Positions 9,228-19,344 of a stretch of DNA of 64,000 nt are shown here, one piece after another; position 1 is the stretch's first letter, and every line of letters starts with the position of its first letter. The notes under the pieces are model-generated. The model was not told where the DNA came from. It searched no databases and saw nothing but the letters and a program-made list of their open reading frames with translations. The translations under genes and the position numbers were made by a program. The stretch is from Candidatus Heimdallarchaeota archaeon (GTDB lineage: Archaea > Asgardarchaeota > Heimdallarchaeia > Heimdallarchaeales > Heimdallarchaeaceae), in assembly GCA_030603365.1 (NCBI GenBank), contig JAUVXV010000005.1:152063-216062 (forward strand), given 5' to 3'.

Positions 9228-9268
9228 AGAGTTAGATTACTCTTTCTTTAATAATTTTTAAATAACTT
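9228..9268. repeat. 41-bp direct repeat, copy 2
   Basis: AGAGTTAGATTACTCTTTCTTTAATAATTTTTAAATAACTT. Confidence 0.85.
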
Positions 9269-9475
9269 TCTTGCTTCTGGCAAATTTGATAATAACCTAG
9301 AAGAGAATACCAATAGCAGCTGATGCAACAAGTACGACAATAATTATCCAAACATATTCATTATTAATACCTTCGACTTTGAACCATGCATCATAGAGTA
9401 TCCTTCACCACTAGAAATTTTAGCGAGGAAACCCATAAAGATTGATGCAGTAAGGGACATAACTACTAATACAGA
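9237..9475 (-). pseudogene. Remnant 3' end of a second, diverged H+-PPase gene
   Basis: SVLVVMSLTASIFMG, frameshift, then YVWIIIVVLVASAAIGILF*VIIKFARSKKVI*KLLKKE*; hppA has TLLVVMSLTSSVFMG...IWIILLVLLGVVLAGILIWAIMKIVKHPKVLEKIFKKKD. Confidence 0.85.
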
Positions 9476-9592
9476 ATAATAAAATGATTTGTTCATATTT
9501 TGAGATTTTAGTGTTGGTTTCTTTTATGTATCTAAGAAAATGAAAAATTTAATGATTGATAAAAAAATAAAAAGGAAAAAGTGTTAGAAAGA

Positions 9593-11839
9593 TTAATCTT
9601 TCTTCTTGAAGATCTTTTCTAATACTTTAGGATGCTTAACAATTTTCATGATTGCCCAGATAAGGATACCAGCAAGAACCACACCTAGAAGAACAAGAAG
9701 GATGATCCAGATTGCTATATCACCAACAGCACTTTCAGCGAGAAGTCCACCAATTAAACCATCTGCACCTACTGTTAGCATAAGTCCCATAAAGACTGAA
9801 GAAGTCAAGGACATAACAACAAGCAATGTGTTAATACTTGGACCTGAGGTGTCTTTGAAAGGATCACCAACGGTGTCACCAGTGATAGCAGCTTTGTGAG
9901 TCTCAGTGCCTTTACCACCAAGATTACCCTCTTCAATCCACTTTTTAGCATTATCCCAAGCTCCACCAGAATTAGACATCATGATTGCGAAAACGAATCC
10001 TGATAGGATAGCTCCTGCGAGAAAAGCACCTAATGCAGCTACACCAAATATGAGACCAACTATAACAGGTACTGTGAATGATATTATACTGGGTAGAATA
10101 AGTTCCACTAAAGCTCCTTTTGTAGCTATAGCAATGGTCTTATTGAAGTCAGCAGGTTCTGTTCCTTCTAAGATGCCAGGATTTTCTTCAAATTGTCTTC
10201 TTATTTCTAGAACCATCTTGGCTGCATTTTTCTGAACTGATAGAATTAGCAAAGCTGAGAATAATGCGGGAATAACTACACCAATAAATGCGCCGATTAG
10301 AATTTTGATGTCTAATAAATTCATACTTGCTATTCCAGCTTCTTGAGCAAATGAGAATAGTAATGCTAAAACTGTTAAGTTTGCAGAACCAATTGCAAAA
10401 CCTTTAGTGATGGCTTTTGCTGTGTTTCCAGCTGAATCTAACATATCAGCATTTCTGATAACTTCTTCTCCGAGTCCACCTTGTTCGGCTATGGCGCGTG
10501 AATTATCGACAATAGGTCCAAAGGCATCATTTGAAACAATTGTTCCAACAATAGAAAGCATACCGACAGCTGCTAAAGCAACACCAAAAACACCATCAAG
10601 CATAAATGATACTGCCATCGCAACAATTATACCTAGAGCTGGAGGAACAACACTGATTAAACCATATGAGAAACCAGAAAGTATTGTAACTGCATGTCCT
10701 TCTTCAGCTGCTAGAGCAATGTTCCTTGTAGGTTTTTTATCTTCTCTTGTAAAGTAATCACTTGTCCATCCAATTATAATTCCACTGGCAAGACCTATTA
10801 ATATTGCGAAGTAATCTCTCCATAATTGAGTTGTGCTCGCTGGAAGTTGAGTTGTAAGTATCCAAATCAATATTGCAATAAAACCAGCTACAATTAATGT
10901 TGATAGATATGTTCCTAAGTTTAGAGCTTTTCCTGGATTTTCTCTGCCTAACCATTTAACAAGGAAAATACCAATTAACGAAGCAATTAAACCTACTCCT
11001 GCGACTAATATAGGTAGAATAACAAAGTAAATTTCAAAACCTAGAGCACCAAACGTTGTACCCAGAATCATTGCTGCAACTATTGAAGCTACATAAGAGT
11101 CGAGTAGATCGCTCCCCATGCCTGCAATGTCTCCTACATTATCACCGACATTGTCAGCAATAGTTGCTGGATTTCGTACGTCATCTTCTGGAAGATTGTA
11201 TTCAGCCTTACCTACTAGATCTGCTCCAACATCAGCTGTTTTAGTGAATATTCCTCCACCATATTTCATGAATAATGCAATTGTAGAAGCTCCAAAACTG
11301 AAACCTAGAACTACTTTTGTGGCAAATTTAAAACCTACTAGTGGTTCGAATATCCAGTAAATTCCTCCAACACCTAATAAGGCTACACCAACAACAGCTA
11401 AGCCCATTACTGAACCTCCAAAGAAAGCGATATCAAATCCTTCCTTTACGCTTTTTGTTACACCTTGTGCAGCTCGTGTGTTTGTCTTAACTCCTACAAT
11501 CAATCCTAACCATCCGGCAAACATTGATGCTACAGATCCTATTAGATAAGCTAATGCTTGCTCCCAATTTAGATCTCCATTTAATACTGGAACAAGATTA
11601 TTTGTCATCTCTGATGGTAGGAATAGTAATATTACAAAGAACAGAACACCAACAAATGCCGCTAGAACCAGATATTGGACCCAGAGGAAATGTTTCGCTC
11701 CTGTTTCAATATACCCGGATATTTCTATCATCTTTTCGTTTCCACGATCCTTCTTCATCACTATAGATGTGAAATATATCGCAGCTACAATAGATATAAT
11801 ACCGGCTATAATAGCTATTAATATAATAATTGGTACCAT
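9593..11839 (-). CDS. hppA: Membrane-integral H+-translocating pyrophosphatase, K+-independent type
   Basis: GGGIFTKTADVGADLVGKAE, DNVGDNVGD and GDTVGDPFKDTSGP motifs; GNTAKAITKG carries the Lys/Thr signature of K+-independent enzymes; likely ATG start at 11839. Confidence 0.95.
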   Translation of the reverse strand: MVPIIILIAIIAGIISIVAAIYFTSIVMKKDRGNEKMIEISGYIETGAKHFLWVQYLVLAAFVGVLFFVILLFLPSEMTNNLVPVLNGDLNWEQALAYLIGSVASMFAGWLGLIVGVKTNTRAAQGVTKSVKEGFDIAFFGGSVMGLAVVGVALLGVGGIYWIFEPLVGFKFATKVVLGFSFGASTIALFMKYGGGIFTKTADVGADLVGKAEYNLPEDDVRNPATIADNVGDNVGDIAGMGSDLLDSYVASIVAAMILGTTFGALGFEIYFVILPILVAGVGLIASLIGIFLVKWLGRENPGKALNLGTYLSTLIVAGFIAILIWILTTQLPASTTQLWRDYFAILIGLASGIIIGWTSDYFTREDKKPTRNIALAAEEGHAVTILSGFSYGLISVVPPALGIIVAMAVSFMLDGVFGVALAAVGMLSIVGTIVSNDAFGPIVDNSRAIAEQGGLGEEVIRNADMLDSAGNTAKAITKGFAIGSANLTVLALLFSFAQEAGIASMNLLDIKILIGAFIGVVIPALFSALLILSVQKNAAKMVLEIRRQFEENPGILEGTEPADFNKTIAIATKGALVELILPSIISFTVPVIVGLIFGVAALGAFLAGAILSGFVFAIMMSNSGGAWDNAKKWIEEGNLGGKGTETHKAAITGDTVGDPFKDTSGPSINTLLVVMSLTSSVFMGLMLTVGADGLIGGLLAESAVGDIAIWIILLVLLGVVLAGILIWAIMKIVKHPKVLEKIFKKKD

Positions 11840-12042
11840 TTTTATATACACATTTTTTATGTTTAAGTGGTTTGCATGTAAACCGTTAATATTTAAAACT
11901 TACTCCCTTTACCTATCATTATAGGTCTGAGATAAAAGGGGGCATTTTAGTTATTTTCTGGGTTTTTGCGTATTAGATAAAATATATGCACAGTAGATTA
12001 GGACGAATAGGACTGTTTCTCTCACTTTCTTAGCTCTTCTTT

Positions 12043-13449
12043 CTACGTAATATCATCAACTATTATTGGAATACTTTTTTTATTTTTCTTCCCAAACTTA
12101 CCTAGTTTGATGTCCCTTATGAATAAAAATGCTGCTGCTGTTGTTCCTAACAAAGCTAAGAGTAGGATAAATGCAATTGACCATAATTTTGAATTTGGGT
12201 TTGGATTATCGTAAATCTTAGTAAATAACCATGGAAATAATGCAGCTAATGTGCTTGGAAATGCAAATAAGAGACTAATTCCTGTTGATCTGGACTCTTG
12301 AGGTACATTTTCCGCTACATATTTCGTTCCTGCTGCTGCGGAAAAATATAGACTTGCTACAAAGAGGAAGTATAGTGCAATTGTTAACCATAATGGAAAA
12401 GCTGCTGATCCTAAGAAGATGATCAGAAGCAATACTGCACACCCACCTAATGAAGCTAACATTGTTAGACTCGTAGTATATTTGTCACTCAGTAATCCTC
12501 CAAGAAGTGCTGTTAATCCTCCTATTACAAAGATTAATGATAAAACCCAACCAGCTGTATTAAGATCGAAATTATAAAGGTCTACAAATAGAAATGCCAT
12601 ATAATTACTTGAAATTCTGAAAACCCCTGATCTAAATGAAGAATAGAACAAACAAGTAATTATTGCTAAAGTAATTAACACTAAAAATTCTTTCTTGAAC
12701 CAATTTTTTGCCCTTGCACCATTGTTCATGCTTTTTTTATTAATTCTCTTTTTCTCTAACTCCTCCTCAGTATAATTATACTCTATTAATTTGTTAAGTG
12801 CAAAGTAAATAGCTACTCCAAGAACTAAGCAAATTATCCCTAAAGCTATGAAGAAATTTCTCCAACCGAATCTTGTATGAAAGATAGTGATCATAACAGG
12901 TATAATTGCAGTTCCTGCCATTCCTAAACCTGCATTAAGCGACATCATTAACCCTTTTTTCTCCTCGTAGAGATCTGCTATACTGGCATAGGCAACTGGG
13001 TGATATAACGAAGATCCTAAGGCTACTATAACAACAGCTATGATGAGTCCTACTATCGTTGTTGCATATGCTGCAATAAACAAGTGAATTGCCATAATTA
13101 TTATACCAAGTGGAATAAAAACATTCTTGCTTCTCAACCACTTATCTCCAACCACCCCTACTCCTAAAGTGATTACAGCAAAAACAATCATCTGAAGTGT
13201 TATCAGCAAACCTGTTTGAGTTGTTGTCAGATCAGGTAATCGGTTATAAATTAGTATATTGTTAACAACTTCTGCTGAGTAGTTTTTTGCAGATTTAATC
13301 ACAATACTATATAAGTTGTCTAACCTATTTGGTTGTCTGATTACTAATAATGAAACACCAAGAACATAGGCATAGAAATGATTAATGAAATGACCAAAAA
13401 TAAGTGTTGTTAATGCTAGTTTTGGTTTAGGGCTCTTTACTTGTGGCAT
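12043..13449 (-). CDS. MFS transporter
   Basis: About 12 TM; GHFINHFY, GVVGDKW, YHP and GGLLSDKY motifs. Confidence 0.85.
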   Translation of the reverse strand: MPQVKSPKPKLALTTLIFGHFINHFYAYVLGVSLLVIRQPNRLDNLYSIVIKSAKNYSAEVVNNILIYNRLPDLTTTQTGLLITLQMIVFAVITLGVGVVGDKWLRSKNVFIPLGIIIMAIHLFIAAYATTIVGLIIAVVIVALGSSLYHPVAYASIADLYEEKKGLMMSLNAGLGMAGTAIIPVMITIFHTRFGWRNFFIALGIICLVLGVAIYFALNKLIEYNYTEEELEKKRINKKSMNNGARAKNWFKKEFLVLITLAIITCLFYSSFRSGVFRISSNYMAFLFVDLYNFDLNTAGWVLSLIFVIGGLTALLGGLLSDKYTTSLTMLASLGGCAVLLLIIFLGSAAFPLWLTIALYFLFVASLYFSAAAGTKYVAENVPQESRSTGISLLFAFPSTLAALFPWLFTKIYDNPNPNSKLWSIAFILLLALLGTTAAAFLFIRDIKLGKFGKKNKKSIPIIVDDIT

Positions 13450-13534
13450 CTAAACGTTGTGTTTAAAGATAGGTTAAAAACTTTATCGTAACGAGTTAGT
13501 AAGAATATTTAGTAAAGGAATGCAATAGAATCAT

Positions 13535-13651
13535 TTAGGGTTTTTGCAGAGCTGACTTTGCTTCAGCACGTCTTATTTCTTGCTCTGTAATTTCTTTAGC
13601 ACTTAATTCTTTCTTCTTGAATTTTAGTTTCTTTTTCTTCTTATCTTTCAT
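13535..13651 (-). CDS. Possible 38-aa Lys-rich small ORF
   Basis: MKDKKKKKLKFKKKELSAKEITEQEIRRAEAKSALQKP*, below the ORF-track cutoff. Confidence 0.35.
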   Translation of the reverse strand: MKDKKKKKLKFKKKELSAKEITEQEIRRAEAKSALQKP

Positions 13652-13763
13652 ATGATAATTCTTACTTAAACGCTTTTATTTTTTCTGGTTTATTATGAAA
13701 TTACACTCATTAACTCACAAGGTAATAAGTATCTTTTTTAGTTACTTATCTTAATTACTATTT

Positions 13764-14315
13764 GTGAGTCAAGCTGAATATGTTTTCAAGATAACGCTCA
13801 TTGGAGATGGAGCAGTTGGAAAAACCTCTATCCGAAATCGGTATATGGGCTACGCTTTTTCTACTTCACATATGATGACTCTTGGTGCAGATTTCAGTGT
13901 AGTCGAAAAGAAAATTGCTCCTAATGAAATCTGGCGATTTCAAATTTGGGATCTTGCAGGACAACCTATTTTCAAAGATGTTCGAGGTCGTTTTTACAAT
14001 GGTAGTATGGGTGCTTTAGTCGTTTTTGATATTACAAATAAAAGGAGTTTCAAAAATTGTCTTATGTGGATTAAAGAACTCTACAGATTCTGTGGAAGAG
14101 ATGTTGCTCCCATAATTCTTCTTGCCAATAAGAGTGATTTACGTAACCGCAGAAGCGTATCTATGAAAGACGCTCAGAAGTATGTAGACATCTTAAACAA
14201 AGGTACAACAAGTTTTAACATAACTAATCATTTACTAGAAACTAGTGCAAAGTCAGGACAAAATATAGATATCGCTTTTGAAATGTTAGGTAAAGCAATT
14301 CGAGCAAGAGCTTAA
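13764..14315 (+). CDS. Rab-like small GTPase
   Basis: GDGAVGKTS, TLGADF, WDLAGQ, NKSD, ETSAK; no C-terminal Cys motif. Confidence 0.95.
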   Translation: MSQAEYVFKITLIGDGAVGKTSIRNRYMGYAFSTSHMMTLGADFSVVEKKIAPNEIWRFQIWDLAGQPIFKDVRGRFYNGSMGALVVFDITNKRSFKNCLMWIKELYRFCGRDVAPIILLANKSDLRNRRSVSMKDAQKYVDILNKGTTSFNITNHLLETSAKSGQNIDIAFEMLGKAIRARA

Positions 14316-14378
14316 ATGTGGTAGAATGATAATGTTTTTGTAAAACAAATAAACTACATATACGCTAGTGGTTAAATT

Positions 14379-14930
14379 ATGACATACAAAATTCTGGTAC
14401 TTGGAGATTATGGAACTGGAAAAACTTCTCTTTTTCAACAATTTGAAAAAAATATTCCAGGTGCAGAAAGAAAACTTTCAATAAAATTAGACTTGATAGA
14501 ATTTACAAGAAAAATAGAGGGAGAAGAAATTAGAATTCAGCTCTTTGATATACCCGGTAGAGAGCTTACAAACGAATACAGATCCAAACATTATCTAGGA
14601 ACTCATGGAGCTTTTATCGTCTTTGATATTTGCAGTCCAAATAGTTTCAGACATGCCCCTTTCTGGATTGAAGAACTGATGAATTATAATGGATTTGGGA
14701 AGGTACCTATCTCTCTAATTGGTAATAAAGCCGATTTGCGTGCAACAAGTCAAAAAACTTTAAATCCTATAGATGCAAAAGAATATGTTTTCAGATTGAA
14801 TAGGTCAACTCAAAAGCAAAATGTTGAAAATCATTTCAACGAAATATCTTCAAAATCTGGTAAAGGTTTGGGAATAATAATAGATCAACTTGTTACCTCT
14901 ATCTACAAACATAGAAACGCTAAGACATAG
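14379..14930 (+). CDS. Divergent Rab-like small GTPase
   Basis: GDYGTGKTS, FDIPGRE, NKAD, EISSK. Confidence 0.9.
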   Translation: MTYKILVLGDYGTGKTSLFQQFEKNIPGAERKLSIKLDLIEFTRKIEGEEIRIQLFDIPGRELTNEYRSKHYLGTHGAFIVFDICSPNSFRHAPFWIEELMNYNGFGKVPISLIGNKADLRATSQKTLNPIDAKEYVFRLNRSTQKQNVENHFNEISSKSGKGLGIIIDQLVTSIYKHRNAKT

Positions 14931-14987
14931 AATTTCTTTAGACTTTTTTCGGAAAAATATATAGGTTAATTTTACATTATGTAAATC

Positions 14988-16133
14988 ATGGTTGATAATT
15001 TCATACAGAGAATTCGGGAAGAATCTCCTACTCTCCAAAAGATGATTTTTTTGAATCATGCATCTAGATGCCCTCTTCATGGAAAAACCCAAGAAGCGAT
15101 AAAGAAGTACAGCGAACATTGGGGAGATTTTGATTTTGAAGGATCAAATGATGTTTTCAAAGAATCTCGAAGTAAATTTGGTAAACTTATAAATGCCACA
15201 GAAGATGAAATTGTTTTCACACCCGATGTAACAGCTGGTTCAAGATTAGCTGCTAACATGGTTAATTATGATAAAAAAAGCAACATAGTCTGCTACTGGA
15301 ACGATTATGTAGCTCTAGTCTATCAAGCTCTTTTTCTGAAGAAAACTAAGAATATAGAATACCGTCCAGTTGCTGATAGAAAGAATTGTGTAGTTGCAGA
15401 AGAATTCGCAAATAAAATTGATAAAAATACCAAACTGGTCATGCTATCTCATGTTCAATGGTTATCAGGATGCAAAGCTGATGTAAAAGAAATAGCTAAA
15501 ATAGCGCATGAAAACGAAGCATACGTTGTTGTAGATTCAATACAATCCTCTGGTGCTCTGGTAAACGATGTCAAAGATTGGAATATTGATTTCTTAACAT
15601 GTGGAACTGCAAAATGGTTACTTGGGGCAAATCAGGCAGGATATTTTTATGTTAAGAAAGAGCACATCGAAGAATTTGAGCCTCCTTTTGCAGGTTATCA
15701 TGGTGTTGATTCAGGTTCTCATGATCAACCCTACTGGAATGTTAGTAATTTGGCTTATGTAGAGGACATTTTAAAATTCATGGATACTAACCCAAGTGAT
15801 TTTCTTTATTATATATCAAGTAGAGGAATGGAATTAATTCTAGAATATGGAATAGAGAATGTTGAAAAAAGAATTTTGAAATTAACTGATTACCTGGTGC
15901 AAGAACTTCAGAATCTTGGCGATTACGAGTTTATCTCACCTTTGGAAAAAGAACATAGGTCAGGAGTAGTTAATATTAGATTACCTGATAATATTGAATT
16001 AGTGAAGAAACTGAAAAATGAAAACATTATCATATCGAGCCGATATGGTGGAATTAGAATTAGTCCTCACTTCTACAATACCGAAGAGGATATAGACACA
16101 TTAGTAAGAAAACTCAAACTTTTTCTTACATAA
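14988..16133 (+). CDS. Class V PLP-dependent aminotransferase (desulfurase-like fold)
   Basis: FLNHAS, VVDSIQS, TAKWLLG (PLP Lys), RISPHFYN; no obvious desulfurase catalytic Cys loop. Confidence 0.85.
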   Translation: MVDNFIQRIREESPTLQKMIFLNHASRCPLHGKTQEAIKKYSEHWGDFDFEGSNDVFKESRSKFGKLINATEDEIVFTPDVTAGSRLAANMVNYDKKSNIVCYWNDYVALVYQALFLKKTKNIEYRPVADRKNCVVAEEFANKIDKNTKLVMLSHVQWLSGCKADVKEIAKIAHENEAYVVVDSIQSSGALVNDVKDWNIDFLTCGTAKWLLGANQAGYFYVKKEHIEEFEPPFAGYHGVDSGSHDQPYWNVSNLAYVEDILKFMDTNPSDFLYYISSRGMELILEYGIENVEKRILKLTDYLVQELQNLGDYEFISPLEKEHRSGVVNIRLPDNIELVKKLKNENIIISSRYGGIRISPHFYNTEEDIDTLVRKLKLFLT

Positions 16134-16246
16134 TAATAGTTGAGAACCACTTTTTCTTTATATGTCACACGAAAAAAACTTTTAAAGCTACCCCAGAAAT
16201 GCAATTGTAAAGTTAAAACTGAACATACTTAAAATAAGGTGTCGAC

Positions 16247-19126
16247 ATGTCGAAGAAAAAAAAGAAGAAAGAAGTACCACAAGAAGTCGAAGAAATAATA
16301 CCTTGGCATAGTTTAGAGATTAAAGAAGTATATAAAACGCTAAACACTGATGAAAAAGGTTTGTTTGAGCATGATGTGACCTCGCGTCTTGAGCGTTATG
16401 GACCAAATAAATTGACAATTACTGATCGTTTTAAAATTCTTAAAATGATTATTAGTCAGTTTACAAATTTCTTAGTTATTCTGTTGATCATTGCAGGAAC
16501 CATTAGTTTAATTTTGGGCTTAGTAGGCGCAGGAGGAGATAGTGGTAAATCAGAAATAATTGACGCGATTGCGATTTTTGCAATTGTAATAATTAATGCA
16601 ATAATTGGATTTGTACAAGATTTTAGATCTAATCAAGCTTTAGAAAAATTAAAAGAATACTTTGAACAAGAAGTTGTAGTATTAAGAGAAGGCAAAGAAC
16701 AGATTATCCATAGTGCTGAGCTTGTTCCAGGAGATATAGTACGATTAGAAGTAGGAGATAAAATTCCAGCTGACTGTAGGTTAACAACAGCAAACAACTT
16801 CAAAGTGGATGAAGCTTCTCTAACAGGGGAATCATCTGCGGTTACAAAAAATATAGAAGCAGTTCCAGCAGAAGCAAGAATTCATGATAGAAAGGATATG
16901 ATATATTCAGGAACTACATGTGTATATGGACGAGGAGAAGCTATTGTTGCTAATACAGGAATGAGCACAGAAATGGGCAGAATTGCAGTACTTACTCAAG
17001 TAAAAGAGGAATTAACTCCATTACAACAAGCTCTAGATAAATTAGGAAAAGTGCTAGGAATAATAATTTTAATTCTATGTGCATTAGTTATGATTATTGA
17101 TTGGGCTATACTCGGCGAATCGTTTCTAGAAAGTTTTGAAACCGCAGTTGCTTTGGCAATTTCAGCAGTACCAGAAGGATTACCTGCAGCAATAGTAATT
17201 ACTTTAGCAATAGGTGTTTCAAAGATGGCAAAGAAGAATACAATTGTCTCAAAATTACCAGCTGTTGAAACACTAGGTTCAGTAGATTATATTTGCAGTG
17301 ATAAAACAGGTACATTAACCAGAAACGAAATGACAGTTAAAGAAATTTGGACAATGGACGGACTGTATGCAGTTGGAGGTTCAGGTTATCTGTTAGATGG
17401 AGATTTCATAAAAGATGAAAAGAAAATTGATCCTATGACAATACCAACTTTGAAAGCAGTGCTACAAACAAGTTATCACTGTAATAATTCAGCTGTTCTA
17501 AGAGAGGACGATAGAATAAGTGTCAAAGGAGACCCAACAGAAGCAGCTTTACTTGTAGCAGCAGAAAAAGCAGGATTTTCAAAAGAGATGCTGTTGAAAA
17601 TGGAACATGAAATATTCTTTGATTCAGATAGAAAAAGAATGACAACAATTCATGATGACAATGGAAAGAAATACGCATTCATGAAAGGAAGTCCTCCTAT
17701 CGTTATTACTAGATGCAATTCTGCAATGGAGAATGGTAAAGAAACAAAGATGACAAAAGAATTAGAAGAAGAAATAATGAAATCTAATCTCGCTCTTGCA
17801 GAAAAAGCACTAAGAGTATTAGCAATTGCTTATAGGGAATTACCAAAAGATTACGATAAGACAAAAGAAGATGAAATAGAAGATGATATGATATTTCTAG
17901 GATTAACAGGAATGATTGATCCAGCTAGACCAGAAGTAAAAGATGCTATAGAAGAATGTAAAATGGCAGGAATTACTACTGTAATGATAACTGGGGATCA
18001 AGAACCTACTGCAGTGGCAGTGGCAAAAGAGATTGGAATTGTTAAATCAGAGGAGGATTTGGTTGTGAGTGGTGAAGTATTCGCTACTATGACAAATGAA
18101 GAATTAAACGAGAAGATAGAAGACATAAGAGTCTACAGTAGGATGAGTCCAAAAGACAAATATCGCGTAGTAGAAACATTGCAAGAACTGGACCATGTTG
18201 TTGCTGTAACCGGAGATGGTGTCAATGATGCCCCGGCTTTGAAGAAAGCCGATATCGGTGTAGCTATGGGAATCACTGGTACAGACGTCTCTAAAGAGGT
18301 TGCAGCTATGGTCATTACTGATGATGCTTTTAATACAATTGTCGCCGCTGTTGAAGAAGGTCGTAACATTTTCGAGAACATGAAGAAGTTCATTCGCTAT
18401 CTCTTGAGTTGTAATTTTGATGAGATTTTTGCAGTTTTAATAATTTATGCTGCATTCCAAGAACTACCTTTCCTGCCATTACAAATTCTCTTCCTCAACC
18501 TACTCACTGATGCTCTACCTGCTCTATCTTTGTCCTTTGATCCTTATGATCCTTCATTAATGCAACGTCCACCACGAGGCAAAAAATCCTCTTTTGTTAG
18601 AGATATGTATGCTTTTGCTTCATTTGCAGGCCTTATAGCTCTTATAGCTTCACTTGGTATTTTCTTAGTAGGTTACCTTGGAATTGGAGAAAGGGTTATT
18701 ACTGACTGGGCTGCTGCAAACGACTTAACATTAACTCTTGACCAACTCCATGATGCAAAGGTCGCCTATGCTCAAACATTGGCCTTTACTGCTACTTTAT
18801 CATTTGAGTTATGGTTTGTGTTCATTGCTCGGAACGATAACGCTACGTCCTTCCTCAAATCTCATCCATTTAAGAACAAATACCTGATAGGTGCAGTAGT
18901 TCTTTCATGGATACTCTTACTTGGTGTAATTTATATCCCACCATTCCAAGCAGTATTTACAGGATTTAAACCCGATGATGGTTTCACTTATTACCTTGTT
19001 GGTTTAGCTGATTGGGGATTAATCATAGGTTTCACTTTGGGTCTTTGTATCTTATTCGAGATTTTCAGATACGCCCTAAGAACTGAAAGAATGGCTAAGT
19101 TTGCAACTTTTGTAGGAATGCATTAA
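16247..19126 (+). CDS. P-type ATPase, type IIA (Ca2+-transporting, SERCA/PMR1-like)
   Basis: TGES, VPEGLP, DKTGTLT, MITGD, TGDGVNDAPALK and NLLTDALP motifs. Confidence 0.95.
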   Translation: MSKKKKKKEVPQEVEEIIPWHSLEIKEVYKTLNTDEKGLFEHDVTSRLERYGPNKLTITDRFKILKMIISQFTNFLVILLIIAGTISLILGLVGAGGDSGKSEIIDAIAIFAIVIINAIIGFVQDFRSNQALEKLKEYFEQEVVVLREGKEQIIHSAELVPGDIVRLEVGDKIPADCRLTTANNFKVDEASLTGESSAVTKNIEAVPAEARIHDRKDMIYSGTTCVYGRGEAIVANTGMSTEMGRIAVLTQVKEELTPLQQALDKLGKVLGIIILILCALVMIIDWAILGESFLESFETAVALAISAVPEGLPAAIVITLAIGVSKMAKKNTIVSKLPAVETLGSVDYICSDKTGTLTRNEMTVKEIWTMDGLYAVGGSGYLLDGDFIKDEKKIDPMTIPTLKAVLQTSYHCNNSAVLREDDRISVKGDPTEAALLVAAEKAGFSKEMLLKMEHEIFFDSDRKRMTTIHDDNGKKYAFMKGSPPIVITRCNSAMENGKETKMTKELEEEIMKSNLALAEKALRVLAIAYRELPKDYDKTKEDEIEDDMIFLGLTGMIDPARPEVKDAIEECKMAGITTVMITGDQEPTAVAVAKEIGIVKSEEDLVVSGEVFATMTNEELNEKIEDIRVYSRMSPKDKYRVVETLQELDHVVAVTGDGVNDAPALKKADIGVAMGITGTDVSKEVAAMVITDDAFNTIVAAVEEGRNIFENMKKFIRYLLSCNFDEIFAVLIIYAAFQELPFLPLQILFLNLLTDALPALSLSFDPYDPSLMQRPPRGKKSSFVRDMYAFASFAGLIALIASLGIFLVGYLGIGERVITDWAAANDLTLTLDQLHDAKVAYAQTLAFTATLSFELWFVFIARNDNATSFLKSHPFKNKYLIGAVVLSWILLLGVIYIPPFQAVFTGFKPDDGFTYYLVGLADWGLIIGFTLGLCILFEIFRYALRTERMAKFATFVGMH

Positions 19127-19344
19127 ATTCCTCTTTTTCTTTTCTTTTTTTCATTTTCTTATTTAGCTTAGTAATGTCTATCTTTTCATAGGTTCCAGAT
19201 TTCATCACTGTTCTTGAGTGGTTTTAATGAGTTTTTTAAATACTTTTTACTGTTATTATAATCTCTTATTCCATCTAAACTATATTGAGTGTAGCTGATT
19301 TAGCATAAACCTCTCTTTCTTTTTCTTTTGTTTAGTATTACATA

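Noticed and set aside
9606-11766. Plus-strand ORFs overlapping hppA, and similar short antisense ORFs throughout the track
   Set aside because: Shadow frames of well-supported genes with no independent motifs
14988-16133. Cysteine desulfurase (SufS/IscS) call
   Set aside because: The catalytic Cys loop (RxGxHCA or SSGSAC) is absent
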